A stretch of DNA of 64,000 nt from Candidatus Omnitrophota bacterium (GTDB taxonomy: Bacteria > Omnitrophota > Gorgyraeia > B26-G9), in the NCBI GenBank assembly GCA_043826565.1, contig JBDRPX010000004.1, positions 10,232 to 74,231 of the forward strand, in the 5' to 3' direction. This document shows, in pieces, positions 9,366 through 17,976 of this stretch (the stretch's first letter is position 1; every line of letters starts with the position of its first letter). The notes beneath the pieces were generated by a model. That model was not told the origin of the DNA. It did no database searches and saw only the letters and a program-made list of their open reading frames with translations. The translations under genes were made by a program, and so were the position numbers.

Positions 9366-10466
9366 ATGGATATAAGCCTGATATTGGGAATTTCTATAGT
9401 TGTCGGTTGTGTGATAGTTGTAATATTTTGGATGTTTAAAAATCAAAAACCGGCGAAGTCAGATAATGTCATGAGTTTATTGCAGCAGCAGGTTGATAAT
9501 TTGCGTCAGCAGGTTAGTGAATCACTTAATGCTAATGCGCAGTTAGTTAATCAGCGGTTGAGTGAGCTTAATAACAGTGTTAATCAAAATCTGCAGGCGG
9601 TAACAGAGCAAATGATTGCTTCACAAAAAACTGTGGGCGACCGGCTTGAGGGAGCTACCCATATGGTGGGGCAAGTGCAAAAAGGGTTAGGTTCTTTGAC
9701 TGAGGCGACACAGCGGATATTTGAAGTCGGCAAGGATATTGCCAGTTTGCAGGAAATTCTCCAGGCTCCCAAGATAAGGGGAGGATTAGGAGAGTTGTTT
9801 TTAGAAGATCTTTTAAAGCAAATGCTGCCTTTTGCTAATTTTCAGATGCAATATAAATTTAAGAGCGGTGTGATCGTCGATTCCGTGGTCCGCTTGGGAG
9901 AGCACCTGATTAGTGTTGATTCGAAGTTTCCTTTAGAAAATTTTCGTCGAATCATCAGCTCAGAGAATGAAGATGGAAAAAAACAAGCGCGCCGAATTTT
10001 TAAAAGTGATGTAAAAAAGCACATTGACAGTATTGCTTCTAAATATATTGTTCCTGATGAAGGAACATTTGATTTTGCGCTTATGTATATTCCCGCGGAA
10101 AATGTTTACTATGAAATGATTATTAAAGATGATGGAGACGGGGAAAACAGCTTAAGCGTCTATGCGTTGAAGAAAAAAGTTATTCCCGTAAGCCCCAATT
10201 CCTTTTACGCGTATTTGAACGCGATTGTTTTAGGGTTGAAGGGATTAAAAATAGAAAAAAATGTACAGAATATTATTCAGCACCTTGATCATTTAAATAA
10301 GGATATGGAGCGTTTCAAGAATGATTTTGAGGTATTAGGAACACATATAAGGAATTTGAGCGGTAAATACGATGAAGCTGATAAAAGGCTTAGCAAATTT
10401 GAAGGCAAACTGGTAAGTATTTGCCAGGTCGAAAACGATAACAAACTTTTAGGTGATCATGAATAG
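9366..10466 (+). CDS. rmuC: DNA recombination protein RmuC
   Basis: N-terminal TM, a coiled-coil region, then the RmuC-type motifs VDSKFPLE and MYIPAENVYYE. Confidence 0.75.
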   Translation: MDISLILGISIVVGCVIVVIFWMFKNQKPAKSDNVMSLLQQQVDNLRQQVSESLNANAQLVNQRLSELNNSVNQNLQAVTEQMIASQKTVGDRLEGATHMVGQVQKGLGSLTEATQRIFEVGKDIASLQEILQAPKIRGGLGELFLEDLLKQMLPFANFQMQYKFKSGVIVDSVVRLGEHLISVDSKFPLENFRRIISSENEDGKKQARRIFKSDVKKHIDSIASKYIVPDEGTFDFALMYIPAENVYYEMIIKDDGDGENSLSVYALKKKVIPVSPNSFYAYLNAIVLGLKGLKIEKNVQNIIQHLDHLNKDMERFKNDFEVLGTHIRNLSGKYDEADKRLSKFEGKLVSICQVENDNKLLGDHE

Positions 10467-11007
10467 TAATGGTTTTGATAGAAGGTCTTATCCTCGTTTT
10501 GTCTCAACATTACCGCTGGAAATTAGTACCCCTGATTTCCAGTTGGAGACAATAACTAAAAATTTAAGCTGCTCCGGAGTCCTTTGCCAAGTACGTCGTT
10601 TTATACCGCTCAAGACGAAATTGAAGGTTACGATGAAACTTCCGCTTGTTATCGATGAGAAAAAAGTTAAAAAGTCGGTGAGTTGCCCGGCGGTAGTTGC
10701 CAGGATTGAGCCTTCCGAAGAAATGGGAGGAGCTGCCTATAAAATCGGTATTGTGTTTTTGAGTATCGAAGGGCAAGATAGAGAATTTATTTTGCAGTTC
10801 ATCCGCCAGAAAAACCTAAAAGAGGCAAAAGAGTTAAAGCGTTTATATTTGCAGTTAAAAGAGATGGCTGCCCGGCTTACCGAATTGGAAGAATGTCATC
10901 CCACGGCGGAACATTTTAGGAAGGTTATAAGCGGTGCTATTGAGGAACTTGATGCCGCCGCGCATATCCTTGATTTTGAAATAAATGAACTCAGACATAT
11001 GGAGTAA
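10453..11007 (+). CDS. PilZ-domain protein (c-di-GMP binding)
   Basis: The RRxxxR-like DRRSYPRF motif and the N.SxxG motif (NLSCSGVL). Confidence 0.65.
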   Translation: MIMNSNGFDRRSYPRFVSTLPLEISTPDFQLETITKNLSCSGVLCQVRRFIPLKTKLKVTMKLPLVIDEKKVKKSVSCPAVVARIEPSEEMGGAAYKIGIVFLSIEGQDREFILQFIRQKNLKEAKELKRLYLQLKEMAARLTELEECHPTAEHFRKVISGAIEELDAAAHILDFEINELRHME

Positions 11008-11009
11008 AT

Positions 11010-11393
11010 ATGGAACGTCAAAATCACAGTTTTGATAGAAGGTCGTGTCCTCGATATGAGACAAATCTTCAGGTTAATATTTGCGGGTTAAATTCCTCTT
11101 TTACTGCGGAAACCAAGAACATCAGCGGTTCGGGGTTGTACTGTACGGTGGATAAGTTTATACCGGTAATGACAAAATTATCATTAATTATGATTGTGCC
11201 GCTGATCGATAAAAATGCAAAAGTTGAGAAAGAAGTAAAGTGCGCGGCTGTGGTCGTTAGGATTGATCCGGACATAGAGCTTAAAACTGTTAAAAACTAT
11301 CAGTTAGGGCTTTTTTTTACGGAAATAAATGATAAAGACCGTGATATTCTTGCGCAATATATCCGGCATTCATTTCTCTCCGGGATGAATTAA
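11010..11393 (+). CDS. PilZ-domain protein, paralog of the previous gene
   Basis: DRRSCPRY and NISGSGLY motifs. It shares the N-terminal sequence MERQNHSFDRRS with the upstream paralog (MNSNGFDRRS). Confidence 0.65.
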   Translation: MERQNHSFDRRSCPRYETNLQVNICGLNSSFTAETKNISGSGLYCTVDKFIPVMTKLSLIMIVPLIDKNAKVEKEVKCAAVVVRIDPDIELKTVKNYQLGLFFTEINDKDRDILAQYIRHSFLSGMN

Positions 11394-11486
11394 TAAAAAG
11401 CCAGTTACCAGAAGAATTTTTGGTTACGCTTGATTAGTGTTCGCGGAACTCTTCGGTTTACTGGTTATTACTTATCGGGGGCTATT

Positions 11487-11963
11487 ATGGCAAAAGCATT
11501 AATTGCTTATTATTCACGATCCGGAAACACAAAAAAAATGGCGGAAGAAATTGCTCAGAGCCTTAAGCAAGAAGGATTATCTGTTGTTTGCCGGGAAATT
11601 ACATCAGTATCTGCCGAGGAACTTATAAATTTTGATGTTTTTATATTTGGATCCCCAACCTATTATGGAACAATGGCTTATCAAGTTAAGAAATTATTGG
11701 ATGAAAGTGTGATATTACATGGGCGCTTAGATGGGAAAATTGGAGCGGCTTTTTCTTCTTCGGCAAATATCGGAGGAGGAAATGAGACTACGGTAATGGA
11801 TATCCTGTATGCGTTTTTAATACATGGCATGATCTTACAAGGAGATGCTAAGGGTGATCATTACGGCCCGGTATCTATAGGCGCGCCGGATCAGCGCAGT
11901 ATCGCTCAATGCCGGAGGCTTGGGCAAAGAGTTGCCGGTCTGGCAAAAAAGCTTTTTAACTAA
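11487..11963 (+). CDS. flavodoxin-family FMN-binding protein
   Basis: AYYSRSGNTKKMAE phosphate-binding loop and the FGSPTYYG motif. Confidence 0.7.
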   Translation: MAKALIAYYSRSGNTKKMAEEIAQSLKQEGLSVVCREITSVSAEELINFDVFIFGSPTYYGTMAYQVKKLLDESVILHGRLDGKIGAAFSSSANIGGGNETTVMDILYAFLIHGMILQGDAKGDHYGPVSIGAPDQRSIAQCRRLGQRVAGLAKKLFN

Positions 11964-11976
11964 CATATAGTTTTGT

Positions 11977-12070
11977 GCGCCCATAGCTCAATTGTCCGCC
12001 AGGTGTCCACAGAAGGGCGAGACCTCGCCATGTGTGACTGCGAAGATATGGCTTGGCGGGGATAGAGAGT
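11977..12070 (+). other. partial tRNA-like copy (5' acceptor/D-arm of the downstream tRNA-Arg) interrupted by a ~56-nt GC-rich structured insert
   Basis: GCGCCCATAGCTCAAT[...56 nt...]GGATAGAGAG parallels GCGCCTGTAGCTCAATGGATAGAGCAC of the tRNA at 12097. No matching 3' acceptor strand is present. Confidence 0.4.
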
Positions 12071-12096
12071 GTGAAAATTGTTTTTGTTAGTTCTTT

Positions 12097-12169
12097 GCGC
12101 CTGTAGCTCAATGGATAGAGCACTAGTCTTCGGAACTAGGAGTTGTCCGTTCGAGTCGGACCAGGCGCG
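12097..12169 (+). tRNA. tRNA-Arg (anticodon TCG)
   Basis: Hand-folded cloverleaf: acceptor GCGCCTG/CAGGCGC, D-arm GCTC..GAGC, anticodon loop CTTCGGA, T-arm GTCCG TTCGAGT CGGAC. Confidence 0.8.
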
Positions 12170-12227
12170 CTTATTCTTGACCTTAAGTTTATTTTTTGTT
12201 ATAATTTAAACTTCCGAAAGAATCGGA

Positions 12228-12303
12228 GGGCCGTTAGCTCAATCGGTAGAGCATCTGACTCTTAATCAGGGGGTTGAAGGTTCGAGTCCTTCACGGCCCA
12301 CCA
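12228..12303 (+). tRNA. tRNA-Lys (anticodon CTT), CCA encoded
   Basis: Acceptor GGGCCGT/ACGGCCC, anticodon loop CTCTTAA, T-loop TTCGAGT, 3' ACCA. Confidence 0.85.
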
Positions 12304-12339
12304 ATTGTATCCTATAGTAAAGGTGGTGAAGCTTCTGTG

Positions 12340-13020
12340 ATGAAAGATATACAGGAACAGTTTGAACTGTTTGAAAAGGTAAATAATAAATACCGCAGCA
12401 TAGGAGATGTATTTGTTTTACTATTAATCGTTGTTTTGTTTGTGCAGATCGGTGTTATGGGGTATTTTATTACTAATATTGATACTGCCGAAATACAAGA
12501 AAAACTGGTAAAAAGAAGTATTGAGGTTGTCCCGGTTCTGCGGGATGAGATTAGTGATACTTTAAGAGAAGTTATTCCGGTATATGCCGAGGAGTTTAAA
12601 CAAAAAGTAGAAAAGCGTATGCCGGAATTTGAGGCGAAGCTTGAAAAAGAAAGCGGAGAATTTGTTGCCGGTTTTGAAAAAAAGATTTTGCCGAAAGCAG
12701 AAGCAAAAATTGATATATTAAGTGAGCGTACATTAGCCGTAATCCTAGAGGAATTTCCGGAATTGCAGGATTCGGAAAACACAGAAAATGTTGTAAAGAA
12801 TTTAAAAGAAGCTTTAGTCATTGCTTTTGCGGATATCTTTACGGATAAGCTCTCAAAAGCGGATAAGATCTTTAGGGGAATTAAAGAAAAACTTGATAAG
12901 ATGCATAAAGGTAACTTACAAATTGAAGATAATGTTGAAATAAAACTTCTTGCAGTTACTTTTCAATTAGCCGGTAAACGAATCGCGGAAGAAATTAGCC
13001 AGATGGAAAGCGGAAACTAA
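12340..13020 (+). CDS. single-TM membrane-anchored protein, function unknown
   Basis: The start is moved to the ATG at 12340 because the longer ORF overlaps tRNA-Lys. RBS AAGGTGGTGA. One TM (VFVLLLIVVLFVQIGVMGYFI), then a charged helical region. Confidence 0.5.
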   Translation: MKDIQEQFELFEKVNNKYRSIGDVFVLLLIVVLFVQIGVMGYFITNIDTAEIQEKLVKRSIEVVPVLRDEISDTLREVIPVYAEEFKQKVEKRMPEFEAKLEKESGEFVAGFEKKILPKAEAKIDILSERTLAVILEEFPELQDSENTENVVKNLKEALVIAFADIFTDKLSKADKIFRGIKEKLDKMHKGNLQIEDNVEIKLLAVTFQLAGKRIAEEISQMESGN

Positions 13021-13035
13021 TTGGATCGGATAAAA

Positions 13036-13090
13036 AAGACCTCTCACTCTAAAAGAGTTCGAGGTTAATTTGTTAATGCAAATTAAGGAG
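13036..13090 (+). promoter_or_regulatory. conserved leader element, copy A (AAGACCTCTCAC...GTTCGAGGTTAATTTG-loop-CAAATTAAGGAG)
   Basis: One of three ~85% identical copies (also 27200-27253 and 60506-60558). Each ends in the RBS of the downstream gene. It contains a perfect 7-bp inverted repeat TAATTTG/CAAATTA. Confidence 0.55.
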
Positions 13091-13096
13091 TTTGTG

Positions 13097-13777
13097 ATGG
13101 GGCAGGAAAATAGCACGGTTTTGCTAATAGAGCAGAAGATTGAAAAACTGCAGAAAAAGATAAAAAGAAACACTATCGTTTTCTTGGTATTGCTTATTGC
13201 GGTGATCATTCACTCTGCGTATACTTGTGTCTGGACTCACGAAATGACAAAGCCGGAGATGATTGTCGATGCTTTGTACGGAAAAGTTCTCTTGTCTACT
13301 CCGGAAATTGGAAAGAACACAAGGAAATATTTAATAGAAAATGCAGCGGTTATTACCGATAATGTGCTTGATCAAAGTCTTGGGGTTTTACCGCAGATGC
13401 GTTTGCTTGCTTTAAGGCAAGCTGATATTTTGACGACAAAATTATTCAATGAGGCAATTCGTGATGTAGAGCAGGTAACCCGGGATATGCTCACAGAAAA
13501 TAAAGATAAGCTTAGGGAAGGTATTGAAAGCGGGCTAAAAGAAGAAAATGTCAGTGCTCTTTCTCTGAAGATCGTCTCTGAAGTTGAAGGGTCATTAGAT
13601 CCCTGGGTTGATGAAATGATCAACTCTTTAGAAGTTAACTTGGAAAGTATAAATAATCAGCTGGATCAGATGGATAATAAACGCCGTTTAACAAAAGAAG
13701 AACAGTTGGAGCAGCGGTTTATTGAGTTATGGTTTCAATTGATGGCGAAATATTTTCCGGAAAAGAAACAATTATAA
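13097..13777 (+). CDS. single-TM membrane-anchored protein, paralog of 12340-13020
   Basis: Same architecture (short N-terminus, one TM, long helical charged domain). Start set at the ATG 6 nt after the AAGGAG of the leader element. Confidence 0.5.
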   Translation: MGQENSTVLLIEQKIEKLQKKIKRNTIVFLVLLIAVIIHSAYTCVWTHEMTKPEMIVDALYGKVLLSTPEIGKNTRKYLIENAAVITDNVLDQSLGVLPQMRLLALRQADILTTKLFNEAIRDVEQVTRDMLTENKDKLREGIESGLKEENVSALSLKIVSEVEGSLDPWVDEMINSLEVNLESINNQLDQMDNKRRLTKEEQLEQRFIELWFQLMAKYFPEKKQL

Positions 13778-13781
13778 TCAG

Positions 13782-13866
13782 GCGGACGTGGCGGAATTGG
13801 CATACGCGTACGGCTTAGGACCGTATCCCTTCGGGGATGAGAGTTCAACTCTCTCCGTCCGCACCA
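13782..13866 (+). tRNA. tRNA-Leu (anticodon TAG), CCA encoded
   Basis: Acceptor GCGGACG/CGTCCGC, anticodon stem-loop TACGG CTTAGGA CCGTA, long variable arm, T-loop TTCAACT. Confidence 0.85.
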
Positions 13867-14024
13867 AGTAGTTTGTAGCTCATAGCTGATGGTTCATAGT
13901 CAAAAGAAAAATGCTAAATAAAAAATTATTATTTATCATTATTTTGAAAATCCTATCAGTTAATTTTATACAGTTGTATTTTTTACTATGAGCAATAAAC
14001 TATGAGCCATAAGCTAATAAATAC
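13867..14024. repeat. intergenic quasi-palindrome of CATAG-containing units between tRNA-Leu and tRNA-Gly
   Basis: tagctcatagctgatggttcatagtc ... ctatgagcaataaactatgagccataagcta. Confidence 0.55.
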
Positions 14025-14099
14025 GCGGCGGTAATTCAGTGGTAGAATGTCTGCTTGCCAAGCAGAATGTCGAGGGTTCGACCCCCTTCCGCCGCTCCA
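14025..14099 (+). tRNA. tRNA-Gly (anticodon GCC), CCA encoded
   Basis: Acceptor GCGGCGG/CCGCCGC, anticodon loop TTGCCAA, T-loop TTCGACC. Confidence 0.85.
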
Positions 14100-14232
14100 A
14101 ATTTGTGCCCTCCTATGGGGGGCGAAGCAAGCTGAGCGCCGAGCAAGTGCGAGGAACAGCGAGCAGGACTGCGAGTGACAGCTAAGCGGGTGGGCCTGCG
14201 CAATCCCGCATAGGACATGCGGGATGTAGTAG

Positions 14233-14254
14233 GCGACCCCCTTCCGCCGCTCCA
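14233..14254 (+). repeat. direct repeat of the tRNA-Gly 3' end (GCGACCCCCTTCCGCCGCTCCA)
   Basis: Near-identical to 14078-14099. The two copies flank a 133-bp GC-rich segment (14100-14232), which is atypical for this AT-rich region. Confidence 0.6.
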
Positions 14255-14260
14255 TTTTTT

Positions 14261-14295
14261 AGATAATCACAGATGTTTTTCATCTGTGATTATCT
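14261..14295. promoter_or_regulatory. perfect 15-bp inverted repeat AGATAATCACAGATG-N5-CATCTGTGATTATCT upstream of tig
   Basis: Read directly from the sequence. It lies between the tRNA island and tig-clpP, so it is a candidate operator or terminator. Confidence 0.4.
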
Positions 14296-14335
14296 GTTCA
14301 TAAAGAGAAATAAAAAAGAAAGCGAGTTGATATTA

Positions 14336-15610
14336 GTGAAAGTAAAAGTAAAAAGTTCCGCAAAATGTCAGAAAGTATTAGAAATTGAGGTTCCGCAAGA
14401 AGCAATTAAAGAAGAATTCAATGAGTTTTATAAAAATCTGAGCAAATCAGCACAAGTTCCCGGATTTAGAAAGGGTAAAGCGCCTCGTCATATTCTGGAG
14501 AAATTCTATGCGGCTAAAGCCCATGAGGAAGTGTTGACTAATCTGGTTAATGATAGTTATAAGAAAGCGATAGAAAAAGAAAAGATCAATCCGGTTACTT
14601 TTCCGGAGGTTTCTGATGTTAATTTTGCTCAGGATGGGAATTTAACTTTTCAAACTACAATTGATGTGCGTCCGGAGTTTTCTTTAAAAGGGTATAAAGG
14701 TGTAAAGATAAAAAAGAATTCCGCGGTGGTTAAGGATGATGATATTAAACAAGTGCTGACTTTTTTGCAGGAGCGGTATGCTCAATTTACTCCGGTTGAG
14801 GACAGAGCGGTAACGAAAGGTGATTACATTATTTGTGATTACAGTTATGCGGTGGAAGAAAAAGTTTTAGAACAAAAAGAAAATGCCTGGATTTTTGTGG
14901 ATGATAAAATGTTCATCCCGGGGATATCTAAAGAATTATCCGGAGTGGAAGCCGGACAGACTAAAGAATTTGAACTCAAGCTTCCGGAGCATTTTCGTCC
15001 GGAAGAGTTTGCCAAAAAATCTGCCAAGTTTTGTTTTTCTGTGAAAGAAATAAAACAGAAAAAACTGCCGGATCTGGATGATGAATTTGCTAAGGTTGTT
15101 GGCCAAAAATCGATCGATGAATTGAAAGCTCACGTAAAAGAAGATCTTACTAAAGAAAAAGAAATGCAGATAAAACTGGATATGAAAAACCAGCTTGTGG
15201 ATGCTTTGGTCCAGGCCATGTCTTTTGATGTTCCGCCGTCATTGGTAAAGGAGCGGGAGCAGCTGCTTAAGGATAAGACCAGACAGAAATTCAAACAGCA
15301 GGGATTTGATGATAAGCAGATTGAAGAAGAAGAGAAAAAACTGACTGAAGAATTTAAGACAGAAGCATTAAAACAGATAAAAATATATTTTATTCTTGAG
15401 GAGATATCTAAACAGGAAAAGATTTCGGTTACGGCCCAAGAGATGGATCAGAGGCTTGAGTTAATTGCTAAATCTTATAATCAGGCTAAAGATGAGTTAT
15501 TGAAATATTTACAGGAAAAGAAGCTGCTGGATAATATCCATTGGGAATTATGGGAAGAAAAAGTCATTACTTTTCTCATTGATAATGCAAGTGTAGAAGA
15601 AAAAAAATAA
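14336..15610 (+). CDS. tig: trigger factor
   Basis: GFRKGKAPRHILEKFY ribosome-binding signature, an FKBP-like middle domain and a C-terminal helical domain. GTG start chosen at 14336 from alignment to the trigger factor N-terminus. Confidence 0.8.
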   Translation: MKVKVKSSAKCQKVLEIEVPQEAIKEEFNEFYKNLSKSAQVPGFRKGKAPRHILEKFYAAKAHEEVLTNLVNDSYKKAIEKEKINPVTFPEVSDVNFAQDGNLTFQTTIDVRPEFSLKGYKGVKIKKNSAVVKDDDIKQVLTFLQERYAQFTPVEDRAVTKGDYIICDYSYAVEEKVLEQKENAWIFVDDKMFIPGISKELSGVEAGQTKEFELKLPEHFRPEEFAKKSAKFCFSVKEIKQKKLPDLDDEFAKVVGQKSIDELKAHVKEDLTKEKEMQIKLDMKNQLVDALVQAMSFDVPPSLVKEREQLLKDKTRQKFKQQGFDDKQIEEEEKKLTEEFKTEALKQIKIYFILEEISKQEKISVTAQEMDQRLELIAKSYNQAKDELLKYLQEKKLLDNIHWELWEEKVITFLIDNASVEEKK

Positions 15611-15726
15611 CGATTACCCTGATACCAGAGCTCGCAGATAACTCGCTCGGTATAGGGTTTAATTCGCGTAATTCACTTATGTTGCTAAAGCTTCCATAAG
15701 TGAAACGCTCATTAAAGGAGGTTGTG

Positions 15727-16341
15727 ATGAAGGAACAGAATCAAATGTTAGTGCCGATGGTTGTAGAGCAGACCAGTCGTGGAGAACGAGCATATGATAT
15801 TTACTCACGATTATTAAAAGATAGGATTATTTTTATCGGAACCGCGATTGATGATATGGTCGCTAACCTGGTTATTGCGCAAATGCTATTTTTACAGATG
15901 GAAGATCCGGATAAAGATATTAATATCTACATTAATTCCCCGGGAGGTGTTGTTACTGCGGGCTTGGCTATTTATGATACGATGCAGTTTGTCAAATGTG
16001 ATGTTAACACTTATTGCGTCGGGCAAGCCGCGAGCATGGGGGCGGTTCTTTTAGCTGCCGGGGAAAAAGGTAAGCGGTTTATCCTGCCTAATGCGCGGGT
16101 TATGATTCATCAGCCCTGGGGTGGAACGCAGGGAGCAGCTTCGGATATAAGTATTCAGGCCCAGGAAATTTTAAAATTGCGGGATAATCTGAATGGAATT
16201 TTAAGCCGTCATACCGGTCAGCCGATTGACAAAATTGCCAAGGATACCGACAGGGATTATTTCATGTCTGCGGAAGAGTCAGTAGCCTATGGAATTATTG
16301 ATAGTGTAATCTCAAGTGAGCTGGATCAAAAGAAGAAATAG
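15727..16341 (+). CDS. clpP: ATP-dependent Clp protease proteolytic subunit
   Basis: SPGGVVTAG...GQAASMGA...MIHQP gives the catalytic Ser/His context. RBS AAGGAGG. Confidence 0.9.
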   Translation: MKEQNQMLVPMVVEQTSRGERAYDIYSRLLKDRIIFIGTAIDDMVANLVIAQMLFLQMEDPDKDINIYINSPGGVVTAGLAIYDTMQFVKCDVNTYCVGQAASMGAVLLAAGEKGKRFILPNARVMIHQPWGGTQGAASDISIQAQEILKLRDNLNGILSRHTGQPIDKIAKDTDRDYFMSAEESVAYGIIDSVISSELDQKKK

Positions 16342-16363
16342 AACTTTACCGGAGGTAAGATCT

Positions 16364-17941
16364 GTGAAGATACTAATAAGTGATCCTTTATCGGAAGAAG
16401 GAATAAAGATTTTAAGAGATAGAGGTCTTGCTTTTGATTTGAAACCAAAATTATCTCCGGAAGAATTAAAAAGTATTATCAGTGAGTATGATGCTTTGAT
16501 TATCAGAAGCGGAACAAAAGTAACTGCTGAGATTATCAAGGCTACTAAGAATCTTAAAGTTATCGGCCGGGCCGGAGTCGGTGTCGATAATGTGGATGTT
16601 GATGCGGCTACTCAAAAAGGGATCGTGGTAATGAATACTCCCGGCGGCAATACGATATCTACCGCAGAACATACCGTCAGTATGCTGCTTGCTTTAAATC
16701 GTAATATCCCTCAGGCAAATATTTCTTTAAAACAAGGACAATGGGAACGTAAAAAATTCCAAGGCAAGGAACTTTCTAAAAAGACATTAGGCATTATCGG
16801 CTTAGGCAGAATTGGTTTTGAAGTTGCTAAACGTGTGCAGTCCTTTGGGATGAAGGTTATCGCATATGATCCTTTCTTGTCCACAAAAAAAGCTCAACAG
16901 GTAGATATTGAGCTGGTTGAGCTTGATGAATTATTTAAACGTTCCGACTACTTGACTGTACATACACCTTTAAGTGATGAAACACGTCATATGATCGGAA
17001 AAAGTCAGTTTGATCAGATGAAAAAGGGAGTGAAGATCCTTAATTGCGCGCGCGGCGGTATCGTTGATGAAAAAGCACTTTATGAGGCGATAAAAAATGG
17101 AGTTGTTTCCGGAGCTGCTTTAGATGTTTTTGAGCAGGAACCGCCGGTAGATAATCCGCTGATAGGTTTAGATAGTGTTATTGCCACGCCTCATTTAGGC
17201 GCTTCGACCGATGAAGCCCAGGTGAATGTTGCGGTTGAGATTGCTCAGCAGGTCGCGGATATCTTAGAAGGTAAAGGAATTCGAAATGCCGTGAATTATC
17301 CCTGTATTGAAGGCGAAACATGTACTATTTTGGAACCTTATATGCGGCTGGCGGAAAAGCTGGGTTCTTTGCAAGCGCAGATTATTACTGGACATATCAA
17401 CAAAGTGAGTATAAAATATGGGGGAGAGATTGTAGGTCAGGAAGTCGCTCCTATAACAGTGGCGCTTATAAAAGGGTTACTGACCCCCATATTGCAGGAA
17501 TCAATAAATTTTGTTAATGCTCCATTTATTGCTAAAGAGCGGGGCATAGCGGTTAGTGAGACCAAAATTCTTGAAACAGAAGAATTTGCTAACCTGATCG
17601 GGGTTGAAGTTGAAACCGATCAGGGGAAGACATTTGTTGCCGGAACTTTGTTTTCTAAAAATAATCCGCGAATTGTCAGGATTAACGAGTTTTATATTGA
17701 TTCAATCCCGGAAGGTTACATGATCATAACTCATAATCACGACAAGCCGGGAATTGTGGGAGAAATCGGGACAATTCTTGGTGAGAATAACATCAATATC
17801 GGAGCCATGAATTTCGGCAGAACAGCTCCCGGAGGAGAATCCTTGGTGGTTTTGAATGTTGATGGAAATGTTTCCCGTGAAATTTTAGAAAAAATTAAAA
17901 ATAGTGAAAATGTACTTGATATTAAACTCATCAAGCTTTGA
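16364..17941 (+). CDS. serA: D-3-phosphoglycerate dehydrogenase (long form with C-terminal ACT domain)
   Basis: 2-hydroxyacid dehydrogenase NAD-binding motif GIIGLGRIG, a catalytic His region, and a C-terminal ACT-like segment. GTG start after GGAGG. Confidence 0.8.
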   Translation: MKILISDPLSEEGIKILRDRGLAFDLKPKLSPEELKSIISEYDALIIRSGTKVTAEIIKATKNLKVIGRAGVGVDNVDVDAATQKGIVVMNTPGGNTISTAEHTVSMLLALNRNIPQANISLKQGQWERKKFQGKELSKKTLGIIGLGRIGFEVAKRVQSFGMKVIAYDPFLSTKKAQQVDIELVELDELFKRSDYLTVHTPLSDETRHMIGKSQFDQMKKGVKILNCARGGIVDEKALYEAIKNGVVSGAALDVFEQEPPVDNPLIGLDSVIATPHLGASTDEAQVNVAVEIAQQVADILEGKGIRNAVNYPCIEGETCTILEPYMRLAEKLGSLQAQIITGHINKVSIKYGGEIVGQEVAPITVALIKGLLTPILQESINFVNAPFIAKERGIAVSETKILETEEFANLIGVEVETDQGKTFVAGTLFSKNNPRIVRINEFYIDSIPEGYMIITHNHDKPGIVGEIGTILGENNINIGAMNFGRTAPGGESLVVLNVDGNVSREILEKIKNSENVLDIKLIKL

Positions 17942-17976
17942 TATGGAAACCTTTAACTTTAGATAAGGGGTGGAGG

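Noticed and set aside
12274-12339. 5' extension of the ORF at 12274 (MKVRVLHGPPIVSYSKGGEASV...)
   Set aside because: The extension overlaps tRNA-Lys. An internal ATG at 12340 has a proper RBS, so it is used instead.
14100-14232. Integrated prophage/genomic island at tRNA-Gly
   Set aside because: The direct repeat of the tRNA 3' end encloses only 133 bp with no integrase or cargo. It is reported as a scar or small RNA candidate, not a mobile element.
13986-14255. Minus-strand ORFs (89 aa and 60 aa) across the tRNA-Gly region
   Set aside because: They overlap a well-formed tRNA-Gly and its GC-rich downstream insert, so they are spurious.
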